Notes: a model not told the origin generated them from the letters alone. Shown: positions 39,801 to 53,334, numbered from the whole stretch's first letter. The stretch is 63,843 nt of DNA, filler included, from Aplysia californica (GCF_000002075.1; 3 parts of 3 records of this genome joined end to end with filler, not necessarily neighbours in it), one strand, 5' to 3'. Translations and numbers: made by a program.

Positions 39801-42800
39801 TCTTTCTTTGGTGTAGGTGTTAGTGCCATTCACCTCATGTCACCACGAACACGATGCGCCTCTAGATGGTGTAATACGACACGTACGGTTGGCCACTCTA
39901 GTCTAGCCTATGTTTACTTACCAGAATCTTTCTGAAACATTTACCCTTCAAACTCCCTGGTGTGAGAAATATAAATTAAGCCTTATTCTTTTATCTGAAA
40001 TTATTCATGTTTATTTTCTGTTCAGATATTGTTAATACTAACTAAAACGAAATAATACAAATAATATAAACAAAATAAGATGTTGCACAATATTATGGAT
40101 ATTGCATTTAGTTTGTTCTCATTGACTTTCTATTTGTTTGACATAAAAAGATATCAAGCCCTATAATATATAATTTATGCAGTTATAATTGAGACTTTTG
40201 TTACCACCCCCTTGTGACCAACCGATATGTAACTAGTGATTAATAATACCCATTGACATTCCGGTTTCCAGGCGTTGCACAAATCATTCCACCAAATATA
40301 GCTGGCAACCAACTATAGCAATCATCCACGTCACTTCCGGTTAGTACGGACAGAAACAGACGACTGGCAGCGACGCCATCAAGGCTGTGCGCCGACATCG
40401 TCCTGAGCGGCAAGCAGAAGTGGAGGCGACATGATTGACACAAAACAAGAGCCAAGACCGCCACCGATAACGCTTCGCGATTGTGACCGGTTAAAAGATA
40501 AAGTCCAACGACTTTTTTTTAGACGCATTTCAATAAAAAGCACCTTAATACTTCTGTTTAGTACTTCCAAAGGTTCAAACAACGAAAAGCTGCTCTCCTT
40601 GGATAGCGCTCACTTCGGGAATAATATTTAGATTTATTCACTTATAAAATAAAAACTTTAATTTGCCCTACACATTGGAATGTTTTAACGGAACAGAACT
40701 CTGAAAGTTACAAATAAAAAAAGCTTGAAAGAACGGTGTATGGAATGCACGATTCGAATAGAAATTGCGCATATAACTATTCTTTTCTGTCTATGATTTA
40801 TGAAAAGAATCATGGACCAAGCAAACATTAAAGCCAAAAAAATGTAAATTATAGCAACCACACAATTGATACCATGCGCCCGCCGATGTATTTCTCCTTT
40901 GCTTCATGCAGCAAGGCAAAACAGCTCTAAACACAAAATACACTGAGGACGACTTTTGTGTAGGACAACATCAGTTAAATAAAACAGTTCTGAGTCTTAT
41001 ATTTGTCCATGGCTACGCTATGTTTTTTAAATACAAAACTTTTTCGGATATAAAATAATCGGGTGGTACGTTCGGTGGCCATCTTTGCACACATGCAAAT
41101 GGCATTAATATTGAGAAAGAAGCAAAGCCCTTGCGACACGGCTTTTCTGCTTACAGCAAGCTACAAGAAAGTGAATTGAAACAGTAGAATATCGGTGAGG
41201 CCACTTCTATCGGAAAGATGGATGGTGAAAGCAGCGAAAGATTGTTAGCTTTGCACTCTTAGAATAAGAATGACGATGAGAGAGGTGAAAATGATGAGAA
41301 GGCATATTGTTGCTAAAGAGCTTAGATTTAATGAGTATGCATATGACTCTACTGTATTATCCGACAAAGAGAAAAAAAAACAACACATGGGTATTTATAA
41401 TACTTAATTGTTATCTTTATCACTTGAGGTGGGGACTGAACAATTTGTTTGATGTATCAGGTTTCAATCTCAATCTCAATCACGTATATTCTAATTATCC
41501 TGGCGTTGTCTAGCGTTGACTTTCAGTGCTGTGTAGCGACAGAGCAAGAGCTGGAGTACACGTATTGCCAAAAGCGTCTATCAGAACATACAAGACCACA
41601 GCTGCAGCACAGGAGAACATGGCGGAAAAGCATGGCTATCAAGAGTGTAGCTGTTAATAGATGAAAGAATGAAAGTTAGATTCTTTTTTTTTTCTTCCTC
41701 TTACCCTTGTTTCTTAATGATGGAAATCTTAGCAAACAAAAAGTGATGTCATATGTTATACATTGCAATTGATGGTACAGTACCTCTTGGTTCTCACAAT
41801 TGGGAAAAAGTAAGCAGTACTCTCACTTATTATTTTAATGCTGAAAAGTTCCTATTTATATAAGAAGAGCACCTTCCGCCCTTTGTGTAATTTTCCTACT
41901 ACCTGAAACGAGAAAACAAGGATTCACAGTATACGAATCAATTGGTTTGGGACAAAGCTGCATTATTTGGGAAAATCTAACTTTGGAAACGTACTGTCAT
42001 TTCTTCAAATAGTGGCCCAAGCCAAATGATGCCAACAAGCTAGCAAATCTTGAAGCTGAAGGGTTTGCTTTGCATTTGCTAAGATTTTCAAAGCTGAATA
42101 CATTTACGTAAGAAAGAGGGTACTGAGGCTATGTTCAGAAGGTGATGACCGAAAGATAATCACCTTAGATCTATTGCTTGGCCCTTGACCTTTCCAGGGG
42201 ACGTAAACCTGCGGGAAGTTTACGAGAGACGCGCGTTTCGGCATCGTGTCGGCTCCAAACCTCCCCCGGTGGGCGTACAGATATCTTGACAAGGCTTTCT
42301 CCGTCACGTCGGGGATCCTGAAGTAGTAGTCGGAGGCTCTCTCCACATTTCTGGGTTCGCTCGCGGCTCTCACTTGACGCCTTGGAGCCAAGCTCCCTTC
42401 CCGCGCACGGGCCCTTGAACGCAAGGCAGCATCCTTCCTCAGGACAACAGGCCTGTGGGCCCACAGCTCATTGGTGGAAACCTGCGAACGGGAAGCCGGC
42501 TCTTCAAAAGACTCTTTGACATCCTCGTAATAATAAGCAGACCGCCTTGGCGGTTCCATCGACCTGGCTCTGGCCCGACGCAGCACATCCGAGTCGATGG
42601 GCGGCCTGTGGGCGCGCAACTGGCTGGTGCTAACTACACCTGCTGATCGCTGAACAGCCGGGGCCGCCTTCTTCTTAGGGCGGGGTGGCAGAGTGGAGGA
42701 TGCTCCGAATTCCATGGGCGGGACAGACCCTGCTCGGGCTCTCAGAAGCCAAGGCACTTCCCCTACTGACCGAACGACTGGCTTAGAAGCTGAGGGGTTA

Positions 42801-45800
42801 ACATTAATAGAGCTACCACTACGATTAGGAGTAGGAGGAGGCAAATAGATCAAAACAGGCCTCGCGGGGGACTGGGAAGAGGAGGAGGAAGGCGCCTTCC
42901 TCTCTACCTTGGTGAAGGAAGAGTATTGCGCTTGTTGGGCCTGCTGGACTGGGGCAGACCTGGGGGCGGGGGGAGCCGTGCTGGCCCGCACACGCCTGCT
43001 AACGGCAGAGCTACGAGGGCTAGCGTGTTGCTCCGTGTTGACCTGCGGGGAGGAGGAGGACGAGGGTGGTCACCATTCAGGAGGAAGGGGAGGTCGACAG
43101 AGGGGGTCCATCGTGGACAGAGCTGGGACTTCTACCAAAGAGTTGGGAAAGTATAGCCAGAAAAGACAACGGAGGAAAACGAAAAAGAAAATAACTGTGC
43201 GAGGATAAAGAAAAACAACTAAAAATAAACTAGAACTAATAGAAACTAGCAAATCTAAAAAAGGAGAAAGGTTTCGGGCTAAAGAAAAAGGAGAGAGTGG
43301 TCCCCCTTCTTCAGTCTGCTTCCAACTAAATATTTCAAATGCCGTGCACTCTTAGGTGTGTTCTTGAAAGTGATTCAGACTGAGATTGTTTGTCAAGATT
43401 GGATTTTTAATGATTGTTTTATTTTTCAAAATCGTTTCTAGATCCACATCTGTTCTACAGACGGTGCTCAGATAATCATATGGAGTCTCTAAGGCCCACG
43501 CGGTACCTATACCCCCGCACAAAGACAAAGATATTCAAGAAAAATTCCCCCCCCCCCCCTTTCCCTCATCCTTCCTGTAGAAAGCATCACAGCAGCTTGA
43601 CGATTTGTATCTATTAAAAAAGGAGAGCACGAGAAAATATAGAACAAACCTTGGAAAAACCAGTGTGTAAACAATATTCCTTATCAATGAGGCATTAAAA
43701 TACAGACCCGTTAAAGGAATGAATAACTAAACTTCTGTCCCCGTCATCTCCTAGAAGGTATCATGATTAGGATCATTTTGACAAGTCAATGTATACTCAA
43801 GCAAAGTCAGACAGCCCAAAAATTTTAATCACTCATAAACAGCCAAATTTAGAGGTGAAATTGGAAAACATGACACCCTCTCTGCCCACCCTCACCCCCT
43901 TAAAAAAGTTTTGTTTGAAAGGCACTTCTCACTAGTTATCCTTCCCTCATGGTGCCTGCAAGAACAGATGTAATCAAGCAGGAAGAAGAGAGTACCCAAC
44001 CTCTCCTTTTCCATCTCTTATGGGTTGATAATGTAATTTAAAAAATGCTCTTCAGAAAAGTCTTTTCTGGAATAGTCTAAGTGGGGATTCAGGAAAAAAG
44101 TAAACAAAAGCAGTAATGGCTACTTTATGATGACAATAAAATTGCATGCAATGTCTGCTTCAAACAGTTTACAACAAAGATGGAAAACAATCATGAAGGA
44201 TACGGTATAAAAAAAGAAAAACAGAAAATAATGATCGATAAACAATAATTTTGAAAAAACCAAAAGAAATTTCCGAAATGAGACCAAAAAAGGACGTTAA
44301 GAAATAAAAGAATTTTTAAAAAAGGAGTCTAACTGGAGACAGAAGGAGCACATTCGTCTTTGGAGTTTTTAATGTTCAAAGAGAATATCTAAGACAACAC
44401 AGCACTCCGCAGGAACAGGATTCAGAATAGTAAGAGACTCTCCAAAATAAGGGAAGAACAGCCCAAAAGAAAGCCTGGCTATTTGAAACAGGAATGAAGC
44501 ACCAACTGAATCTGAGACAGACATGAGATCAAAGTCACAAATGCCAGAAGACTCGTCCAAGCTTCTCCGAGCAGAGCGGTAGGATGTCTCCTTGGGGACC
44601 TTTCACTTCTGATGGCGTTTCTTCGTGACGTCACTCACACTCGATGAATCTGCATCCACTTCTGCAAACTGTTTTGTTGAGTTTTATTATTGTTTGTTTA
44701 TTTGTTATGTTTTGTGTTTGTTTTCAGCCACCAGTGCCTTCGTATCTGTGTTCTTTGATGTTCACTCCTGTCTGAAAGATTCTTTTTCAATATTCGATAC
44801 ATTTTGTCGCAGTGGAAATGTCGGCCATTCCTGCTATGTTATAATTGGTCACAGCGCAGATTTCAAAGATTCAAACGGTCATGTTACGGAACGGACGAGA
44901 GCAAAACGGTCACGAGAATCGGAAAACGGCAGGTCTTCGTTTGGTCTTGTTTTGTTTCGTCTCAAACGCATACGTTTTTCAACCCCCATCTTGCTTACAC
45001 AATGCAAACACATTATCAATAGCACAGAGAGCAAGCGTTACACGAGCACAGCATTCCTGAGAAGAACGTATTTCTTTGAAAGAGTATCAAGTTCACACAA
45101 AGGTCTACATCGTACACAGAAAGAAAAGTGCAACCAAAAGTATAGTTTGTTTCATTAACACGCTGGAGAAAAGCTAAAGTAAATCACAGAAAAAAACATG
45201 CATTGGTACGTATTAACTTTTTCAACTAGATGTATAAATAGAAGCTACCAAGTGTCCGCGAAGTCTCTTGCCAAAACGTGCCTAGCAAAAACCAAAGCAA
45301 TAAAGCACGAACAACAAATCGTTCTACGAACTCAGTCAAAGAAATCAACTGACCATGTTCAGTCGACACAGCACGTTTTTTTCTTTCTCACCGAGTTCGG
45401 AGACTGGTTGTTGAATATTCTTTATAGGTCCCACTGTCCCTTAGACGAACAAATTTAAGCATGGCTGCAGTTTTGTTTACTGAAGCAATACCAAGAGGTA
45501 CACTTTTCCCTCAATGCCATAGGTGAGCTAAGAATGGCCTTTCAGTGCACAGTGAATTCGCGGACACCTTGTAATAAAGCGATACTTACCGGCCGAGCAC
45601 ACAATGAGAAGACAACAAACAGCTTTTAAAGCATTGTGTGGATCTAAAAGAGCTTTCTAAGCGAAGGCATGCTACCTGAACAGAGCCATGAAACGAGATC
45701 ATTACGAGTGCTCAGCGAAAGGTCATTTTGACTAAAACTTTATTTCACCTCGAATTGAAGGGATTAACCGTTGAAAGCTAAAAAGATCGAGCTCGATTTT

Positions 45801-48800
45801 TAAAATAACCACAAAGCCATTTTTCAAAAGTAAAACAAAATATGCAGTCAGCCTAACTGCTCTAAAGGGTGTCCTGTCCTGAAGATTTGGACTCTTAGTG
45901 AGCGATTCCCATCTCTTCAAAAGTTTTTAAAAAAAAATCGAAATAATAAATGTGATTCTTGACAGAAAAAATGCAATGTCTGCAGCACGAGCTGAATTTA
46001 ACAGCTTGAGAAGTAGGCCAACACGGCAGCAGGCGTGTATCGTTCAGGAAGTGGTTGGAAGCACTTTATCGACAGAGCAAAGAGTAAGCACAGTGAAAAA
46101 AAACCTTAGTCAAAATGACCCACATATCTCAGCGCCTGCCGAGCACAAGCGAAAACAGCAGCACATGAAAACACGTTGTTATTGCAGGTAAAGCATACGT
46201 TATATTTCATTGACAATACCCGAGACAGTCCCAATACTTGGACATCAGGAGAATTGGCAACACAGTTGGTTTTTGACTGAGGGATCTATCTATATGCATC
46301 TTCTTTTAAACTCAAGCTTCATCAAAAAAGCACTGAACTTGAAACGTTAATCTGAATCTGTGGTAAACATTTCAGTATGAAAAAAGAGACTACCTTAATC
46401 TTTCCAATATGAAACACTAATAATAAAGATGTAGTCACAAAATGTAAATAAAAAGCAAAAAAGTGAATATTTTTTCTAAAAAGAAAGAGACAGAAAACAA
46501 ATGTAAATCTCTGAGCACTTCATACTGAGCGTAGAAAAGACAGGTCAAACCAGAGGGCCAGGAGTGGCTTCCTAGGCTCTGCTTGAGTGGCCTGAAACAC
46601 CTGCCTAATAATGAACAAAAGGATAAAAACCTACATGAAAAGTCCACCACAGATCTCATATGAAATGATGGGAACCCCCAAATGATGATACGTGAATCAG
46701 TAATTTGTTTTTTAAAGTAATTTTTCTTTAGTCGAACGTAAGACTTCGCAGATTACAAGCAACATAAACGCGTCCCTCGTCTTGAACGTCAAAACAGTAG
46801 TAAGAATGAAGCGTGAGTTAAGCATGCTGTGAGTTAAAGCATTCAAAACAAACTATGATAATGATTAAATGATTATGATAACAACCGAGTCCTTGTTTCT
46901 TAGCGGTCATTTAGCTGTTATGGATACATTAGGCACTAACAAAGATGCTTCTTGTAGCATGCATTGCTTTTTACATCTATCTAACTCATGTTCTTAGCTC
47001 CTTGTCTTAAAACAAAATGTAATCATTCAACTTAACAAAAAATAACAAAGATTTCTGAGTTCAAGTATAGCTTTATGTTTTTTAAAATGTTAGATCCAAT
47101 TACAGAAATGACAATGAATGGGAAAAATACAAAAGCAAATAGATAAATGCGACTTGCAGAATAGAGCGCAAAAGCTTTCTTTCCAGTACACAAAAGCAGC
47201 CAAAAGCGTACAAGGAAACTTTAAAAGCACTTATAAATTCTCATATTATAAAAGTATACGCTAAGACAGGGCAAACAAACATACTGTGCGCGGGGTACCG
47301 ACGTGGCTACTTTGATATAAAAAACTAGTTACGTCCATCCACAGATTGGATAAATATGTGATAGCAAGGAAGTCACACTTCCGCTTCGTTTGAAAGGGCA
47401 AAGACTCAGATCGAATTTCTAAAGACGTAGATCTATTCAACTTGCAATTATACTTTTTTTTCGGGCTTCTTTCGTAAAATAAAGAACGGAAGAAAAAAGG
47501 GGATATCAAAACATGGCCACGCCGGTCCCATGGCGACATAGTGTTTGCTGCACAGATAAATCGTTGGGTCCCCGGAAACAGGCACAATTTTCGTTATTAA
47601 AAATTAAATACTTTCCAAGGTTCTATTTTCTTGTTTCGTCCCCTTACTATTTTTTTTAGTGAAACAACCTCTGGCCATGTTATTTAGAGGATAAGCAAAG
47701 CCAAATAGGAGTCACAGACCGCATTTTGGAATTGCAACTCTATAACTGAGTAACCCATTGGCCACACTCTTCATTTGCCAAAAAAGGGTGTGAGAATGCA
47801 ATTGGATTTTCGGCTGAATAAGGTCTCGATTTTATCACCTCAAATTTGAAAAAAAGTAAGGGGGAAGGGGGAGGGGCAGGGCACGTTGACACCGGGGAGC
47901 GCGTCTTTAAATATAAGGGAGCGGTTTTTTAAACATTCGAGGGAGAAAGGGGGGAGGGTACGTCACTCTTTCCGGGGACCCAAAACGCCCAGAAAAACCT
48001 GCAGAGCGTCCTCGGAAAACCTCTAAGCGTTACCTTGATATTAATTTTCTCTAGCACGGTAAGCCTGTTGGGGGTGTCTCCGCCTCCGCCGCGACCGCTG
48101 CCTCGGGCCTGGTAGACGGGCAGGTGGAAGCTTCGGCCAGCGGGCACGCTGGTCTCACTCACCACCAGTGGGTACACATCCACTCTGTGAGACTGGCCGT
48201 CGTCCAAACGCGACCGGTAGGAGGAGACGGGCACGCTGTTTTCTCGGCCTGCGATGTTAAGCGGCATGTGAATGGTGCGGTGAACATATGAGGAGGGGCT
48301 TCGACTGGGGACGACGCTACTACTGCGGCTGGCTGGCCGATAGTCGCCCTTGTCTACATGGTCCCTAATGTCTGAGCGCACATCGCGCAGGCGGTCCAGG
48401 TACTTGCCCAGAAAAGAATCCGCCGGGGTGGTTGGCTTGGGGGTTATGCCCAGAATTCTCTCATCTAAGCCTATGGTGGAACCCTTTAAGGGGATGGGTG
48501 GGGGGTAGTAGCGGAAACCATACCTATTCTTCCCATCTGGAGAGACTGCGCTTCCTTCAACACTTAAAACCAAGCTGGCGTTTTTGTAGGATGGGAGATT
48601 TGACTCGGCCATGACTGCCTTTGCACGTGCCGCAGTACTGGAAACAATCGAATCTATCATGGAGTTGTCGGCGTAAGATGGCTTTGTTAGGGAGTCATCC
48701 AGGTTCTTAGTGTAGGATGGGACAAGGGACACACTGGGAAGGGGATCTTCAGGGTAGGGCGAGGATCTGTGAGTTACAGAGGGCGTGGTTAAGGAAGGAA

Positions 48801-51800
48801 GGGGGCGGATGCTGGGTGTGTCGTCCGACGTCAACTCGAGGATTCCCTGTCGGGAGGGGCCAAAGGGAACGTAGTCGTACATTTCAGCCATATCAGCATC
48901 ATACGAGCCGTCATATGGGGCGTCGTAGGAGCTCAACTTGAGGGCAGACACACCAGAGGGTCTCGGAGAAGAATACGTACCATACTCGCTTGCTGTCTCA
49001 TAGTAAGGCTCGTCTTCTTCGTCTTCATCCTCAGCGCCATGCTTCGAATAGGTTAGAGCAGCCGGTCCTCTCAAGATCTTGTACTTCCTTCTGTAAGATC
49101 CAGGCTCGTATTCCTCTCCATCGTCATCGACGTAATCATTATCGTCGTCGTCATCATAGCGGGTTCGGTAAGACGACGGGTACTTCTGAGAGTATGTAAG
49201 GCTAGAGGGGACGTAACCTCGGTAGACTTTGGAGCTGCTCCTTGTGGACAAAGGGCTGAGCACGGACGGATCGGAGAGATAGGACCTATAGGACACGGTG
49301 GACCGCATGTCGTTCGAACCTGACGCTGTGGGCGGATCCTTGAGGAAAGATTTGTACGAGATTGAAGAAGCGCGGGTGTTGCCGGAGAGCGGGGCCGCTG
49401 GGGGCATGGAGGAACCCCTCAGGTAAGTGTTGATCCGGCTAGACAGGAGAGAATTGGGCGACGGAGCTAACGGCAAGTTGGACCGAAGCAGCTTCTCCTG
49501 CTTTCTGTAGGGCACCACGGCCCGGGGAGGCGAGGGAGACCGCACTTCTACCGGTGGGAGTGACCGGAAGCGTTTGGATTGACGGCCAGTCCGAGTTTCA
49601 CCCGAGCGAGACGGTGATCGGCTGGACGGACGCTGTGTGGACAATTGGGAAAACCCGGTTACTTAGCAGCGGGCGGGGGGAGACAATTCGACGCGCGGTT
49701 AACAATAAACAGGGGAAACTCATTAAAAAAAAGTAAACGCATCGTATTTTGATTGCATGCACGATCACTTTTTTTTTTTTGCTTCGTGCATTCTGGGGCA
49801 TGGTTCTCACGCTTTAGACTCTAACTAGTCGGGTTTAGTTGAATTTACACACATAAAGGACGGGAGAAATCCGAACGGTATGTTGACATTCACAAGGGAT
49901 GCTTAAGGGTCCCGCATGGCTTCGAAAACTAGACAGGTATGTCAAATCACGTGCAAACTTAACAGGTTTGAGTTTTCATTCAATAAAGTGGAAAACGCAT
50001 GTACCTTACCACGGAAATCGACTAAAATATTTTAAAATGTAAAACAATGATCTTACAATTCTTCTTAAGATTTAAATTCTCAAGATCTCTTCTCAACAAC
50101 GTACTGCCGATGGAGAGAAAACGTTTTTACACACATATCCTGATGCTTTGAATTACGTCTTTAGATAGTGGCGTTGTTCTTTAAAATAAACGGAATGTCC
50201 ATTTTTAGGTTGCGCACTTTGGGTGGCATTCAACGGAACGGTAGCATTCGGGTAGATGTGGAGAGGTGGGGTGTGGCTACTGAGTGCGGATTACGGACTA
50301 GTCAACGGAGGAAGGTATTGTAGTTTGCGGTGCCATGTCTTTAATGCAGGTAAGGTCTAGGGTGCAGGTGTGTCATGGGGTGGTAAAGAGGTAATGCAAA
50401 GTGGTTGTACTCTTGTGCATGTGAGTTGTCTTTTTAAAATTCATTTGTGGGGGTTTGTTTTCACACTTTTGTTTCAGTGCTTTTACTCTAGCAACAGGTG
50501 GCTGAATGCTAAAGAAAACGTGTTCTGTGAGGTAAGTTCTGTTTGCATCCACAAATAGGTAAGACACGCCTCCAGGTGAAATGGGAGTAAACTGGTCAAC
50601 TGAACAGAACAGGCTCTATATTGGGTTCACATCTAGGAACATTCCTAAGGGCTGGGAGGGAAATAAAACCCAGTGTTTTATTATGTGTGGAGACACCCGA
50701 ACAGAAGGTTGGCAGAGGAAGGGTTCACTCCCTTTTGTCGGAGGAATGTGATCAAAAATGAAAACCAACGAAAGAAAAGAAAATGGAGAATACTGAACAG
50801 GTTGGTTAAACAAAGGACTTTTATAGGTGAATACTGGAGGTCAAAACTAGTCTACTTCAAGGAGCCAAAAGGGGAAGGTTGGGAGGGGTTTAAATTTTGG
50901 AACAAGGACCAATAAAGGATAAAAATAAAATAAAAGGTATCAACACATACTGAATTTCACTCTAGATACTGAACAATTCATGTAGAGATCTGTGGAGGAC
51001 GTCTATGGATTGAGGAATGAGCATAATGAAGGTGAATTGACAGCACTCACGGATGTGTATCAAAGTAAATATCAAAATAAAAAGCGAAAAGCAGTACAAT
51101 TGCAAGTTGATGTGTACAGACTGAAAATGTGAGGAATTCTACCTAAGAGATTGATCGTTGAGAGGATAGCGTATGATACAAAATAGTGTAGAATAGACTA
51201 TGTAAAAATGAACATATTATTGAGATAAAAAAATTTGATTTGATGAAACACATGAAAGCCACACAAAAGTGAGGAACCTGATGAGCCTGAAAAAAGAGAA
51301 CATTTTAATGAAAAGAAATGTTTCATATTATCTCCATGCACAAGTCTATGCGCCTCATCACGGTATTTTCCTTATTTTTCGAAATTTCAATTTCATGGAT
51401 ACCAACTGGTTTCAGTAATTACACAAGAGCACTAACATTTTGAAGGTCCTCTTTCGTTTAAAAAACAATTCCAGTTTTGGATTAAAAACAAAATACCTCC
51501 CCCCCTTTCCACCTAAAAAGTCTGTTTCTTGTTCGCAGAACGTGATGAAGGCATTCTTGCTCAAGAAGTGAAGGAAGCAAAAATAACGTTCACAGCAATA
51601 CTAACAATAGGTTTGGTGTTCTTTGTCCTCAAATCGACAACAAGAGGATTATACAGCAGTCTATCAGAAAGTTCGATCATGACAAGACATGGACTAGTAC
51701 GTTTGGGAAAAGAGACATGTCTTCGATATGAGTGGAATAACTTAAGAAAGTTACAGTAATCAATGTAGTTTCCGATGTCTACAAGAAGGAAAATTTCGTT

Positions 51801-52962
51801 GCAAAAGGCATATCCCGTTTCTGTAGACCATTGGTGTTTCTTCAAACCATTCTTATGATCGTTCCTTTCGGAGACGGACGTTAAACCCGGAGGCCCCGCC
51901 TCTTAAATAACCTAATAGTGTTGATAGGGGCGTTAAACCTATACCATTTCACCATTCATATGAATGTGAGTGAACATAGCCAGTTTACTTTCCACTGGAG
52001 AACAGAACACGCAAGGAGATGCTCTTTCTGTAATGTAAATGTTCTACGCTCTCGTCGACACAATGTAGGAGATGCCTTTTGCAGACACACGAAAATGGTA
52101 GGGTCCGTAGTAACTGCCATAAATAAAAAGACTATGATTTCTGAGAGAGTAGAACATGGGGTAAGCATGATAATTGAAACGTAGACAAACAAACGACGAT
52201 AGCACACATAAAAGATAATACTTTAAACAGAATACTTCTTTTTAAAAAATTTTTAAAAATTCAACGTATTCTATGTTGGAAAACAAAGACATATTGTGTG
52301 ATAGCTACACAGAGAGGCACGGGCCTGCCACATCGGGACTTCTATGAGAGGACATGGGCTACTCACGATGGCCGCGTTGGCGTTTCTCAGCAGCTCATAA
52401 TCCCTCCCTCTGGACTTGGCCGCGGCATCGTAATTGTCCTCCAGGACGGCATTCGAAAAGTATTCGACTCTGTTGATGCTGTCATCGATGCCGTAGTCAT
52501 GGCGTGAGGGCTTGTCTGCAACACAGGGGGAGTAACGTGTTTGTTTTTTGCTATACGTATATCATTCCGAAGGTCACGCTTAGATTATTCCAAACTTTTG
52601 CATGCCACTAATACCATTCTCTGAAGCTAGTGTCTTCTTCGTCTTTGAGTTCCTTAGCTAAATTTCAGGGGAAGTCGACTGCTAGTTCTTTAACCTGCAG
52701 TGCAACTGATTTTTTTACGCATATAAGTTTTTACTAATTCGTAGGGCTCATTGGATGCAGCCATATTTAAAGTGAGTATGAAACGCATAAAAATATAGAC
52801 GTCACCACTGGCATTATTGTAACAAGATTTCTCTTAAGTACCTAAACAAGAAAGTGCCCCATCTTGCATTATTGATTGTGGATGATGATATTCCGGGTGT
52901 GCGGTCGACTGATAGGAGCGAAAGACAATGGGACAGACTCCGATGAAGAAGGGCGCCTTACA

Positions 52963-52996
<34 letters not shown>

Positions 52997-53143
52997 TATT
53001 GCAACCTATTAACGATGCGTTAAAAACCCAGAAGAGCCAGCTGACTATGTTGATGCTATTTTAGGTGAGGATTGAGGGATTATGATACATGACGAGTAGT
53101 TCAATATACACATGACCAATCAGCGCCTGCCTGACATCGTGTG

Positions 53144-53198
<55 letters not shown>

Positions 53199-53298
53199 NN
53201 NNNNNNNNNNNNNNNNNNNNNNNNNNNNNNNNNNNNNNNNNNTTAATTAATTAANNNNNNNNNNNNNNNNNNNNNNNNNNNNNNNNNNNNNNNNNNNN

Positions 53299-53334
<36 letters not shown>

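Noticed and set aside
44369-45158. ORFs and a possible extra exon (EWPTFPLRQ...*) between the giant exons
   Set aside because: Weak acceptor, composition unlike the other exons, and stops in the alternative frames.
27720-49632. Assignment as myofilin, flightin, twitchin or SRRM
   Set aside because: Only compositional similarity; no diagnostic domain recognised, so no gene symbol is given.
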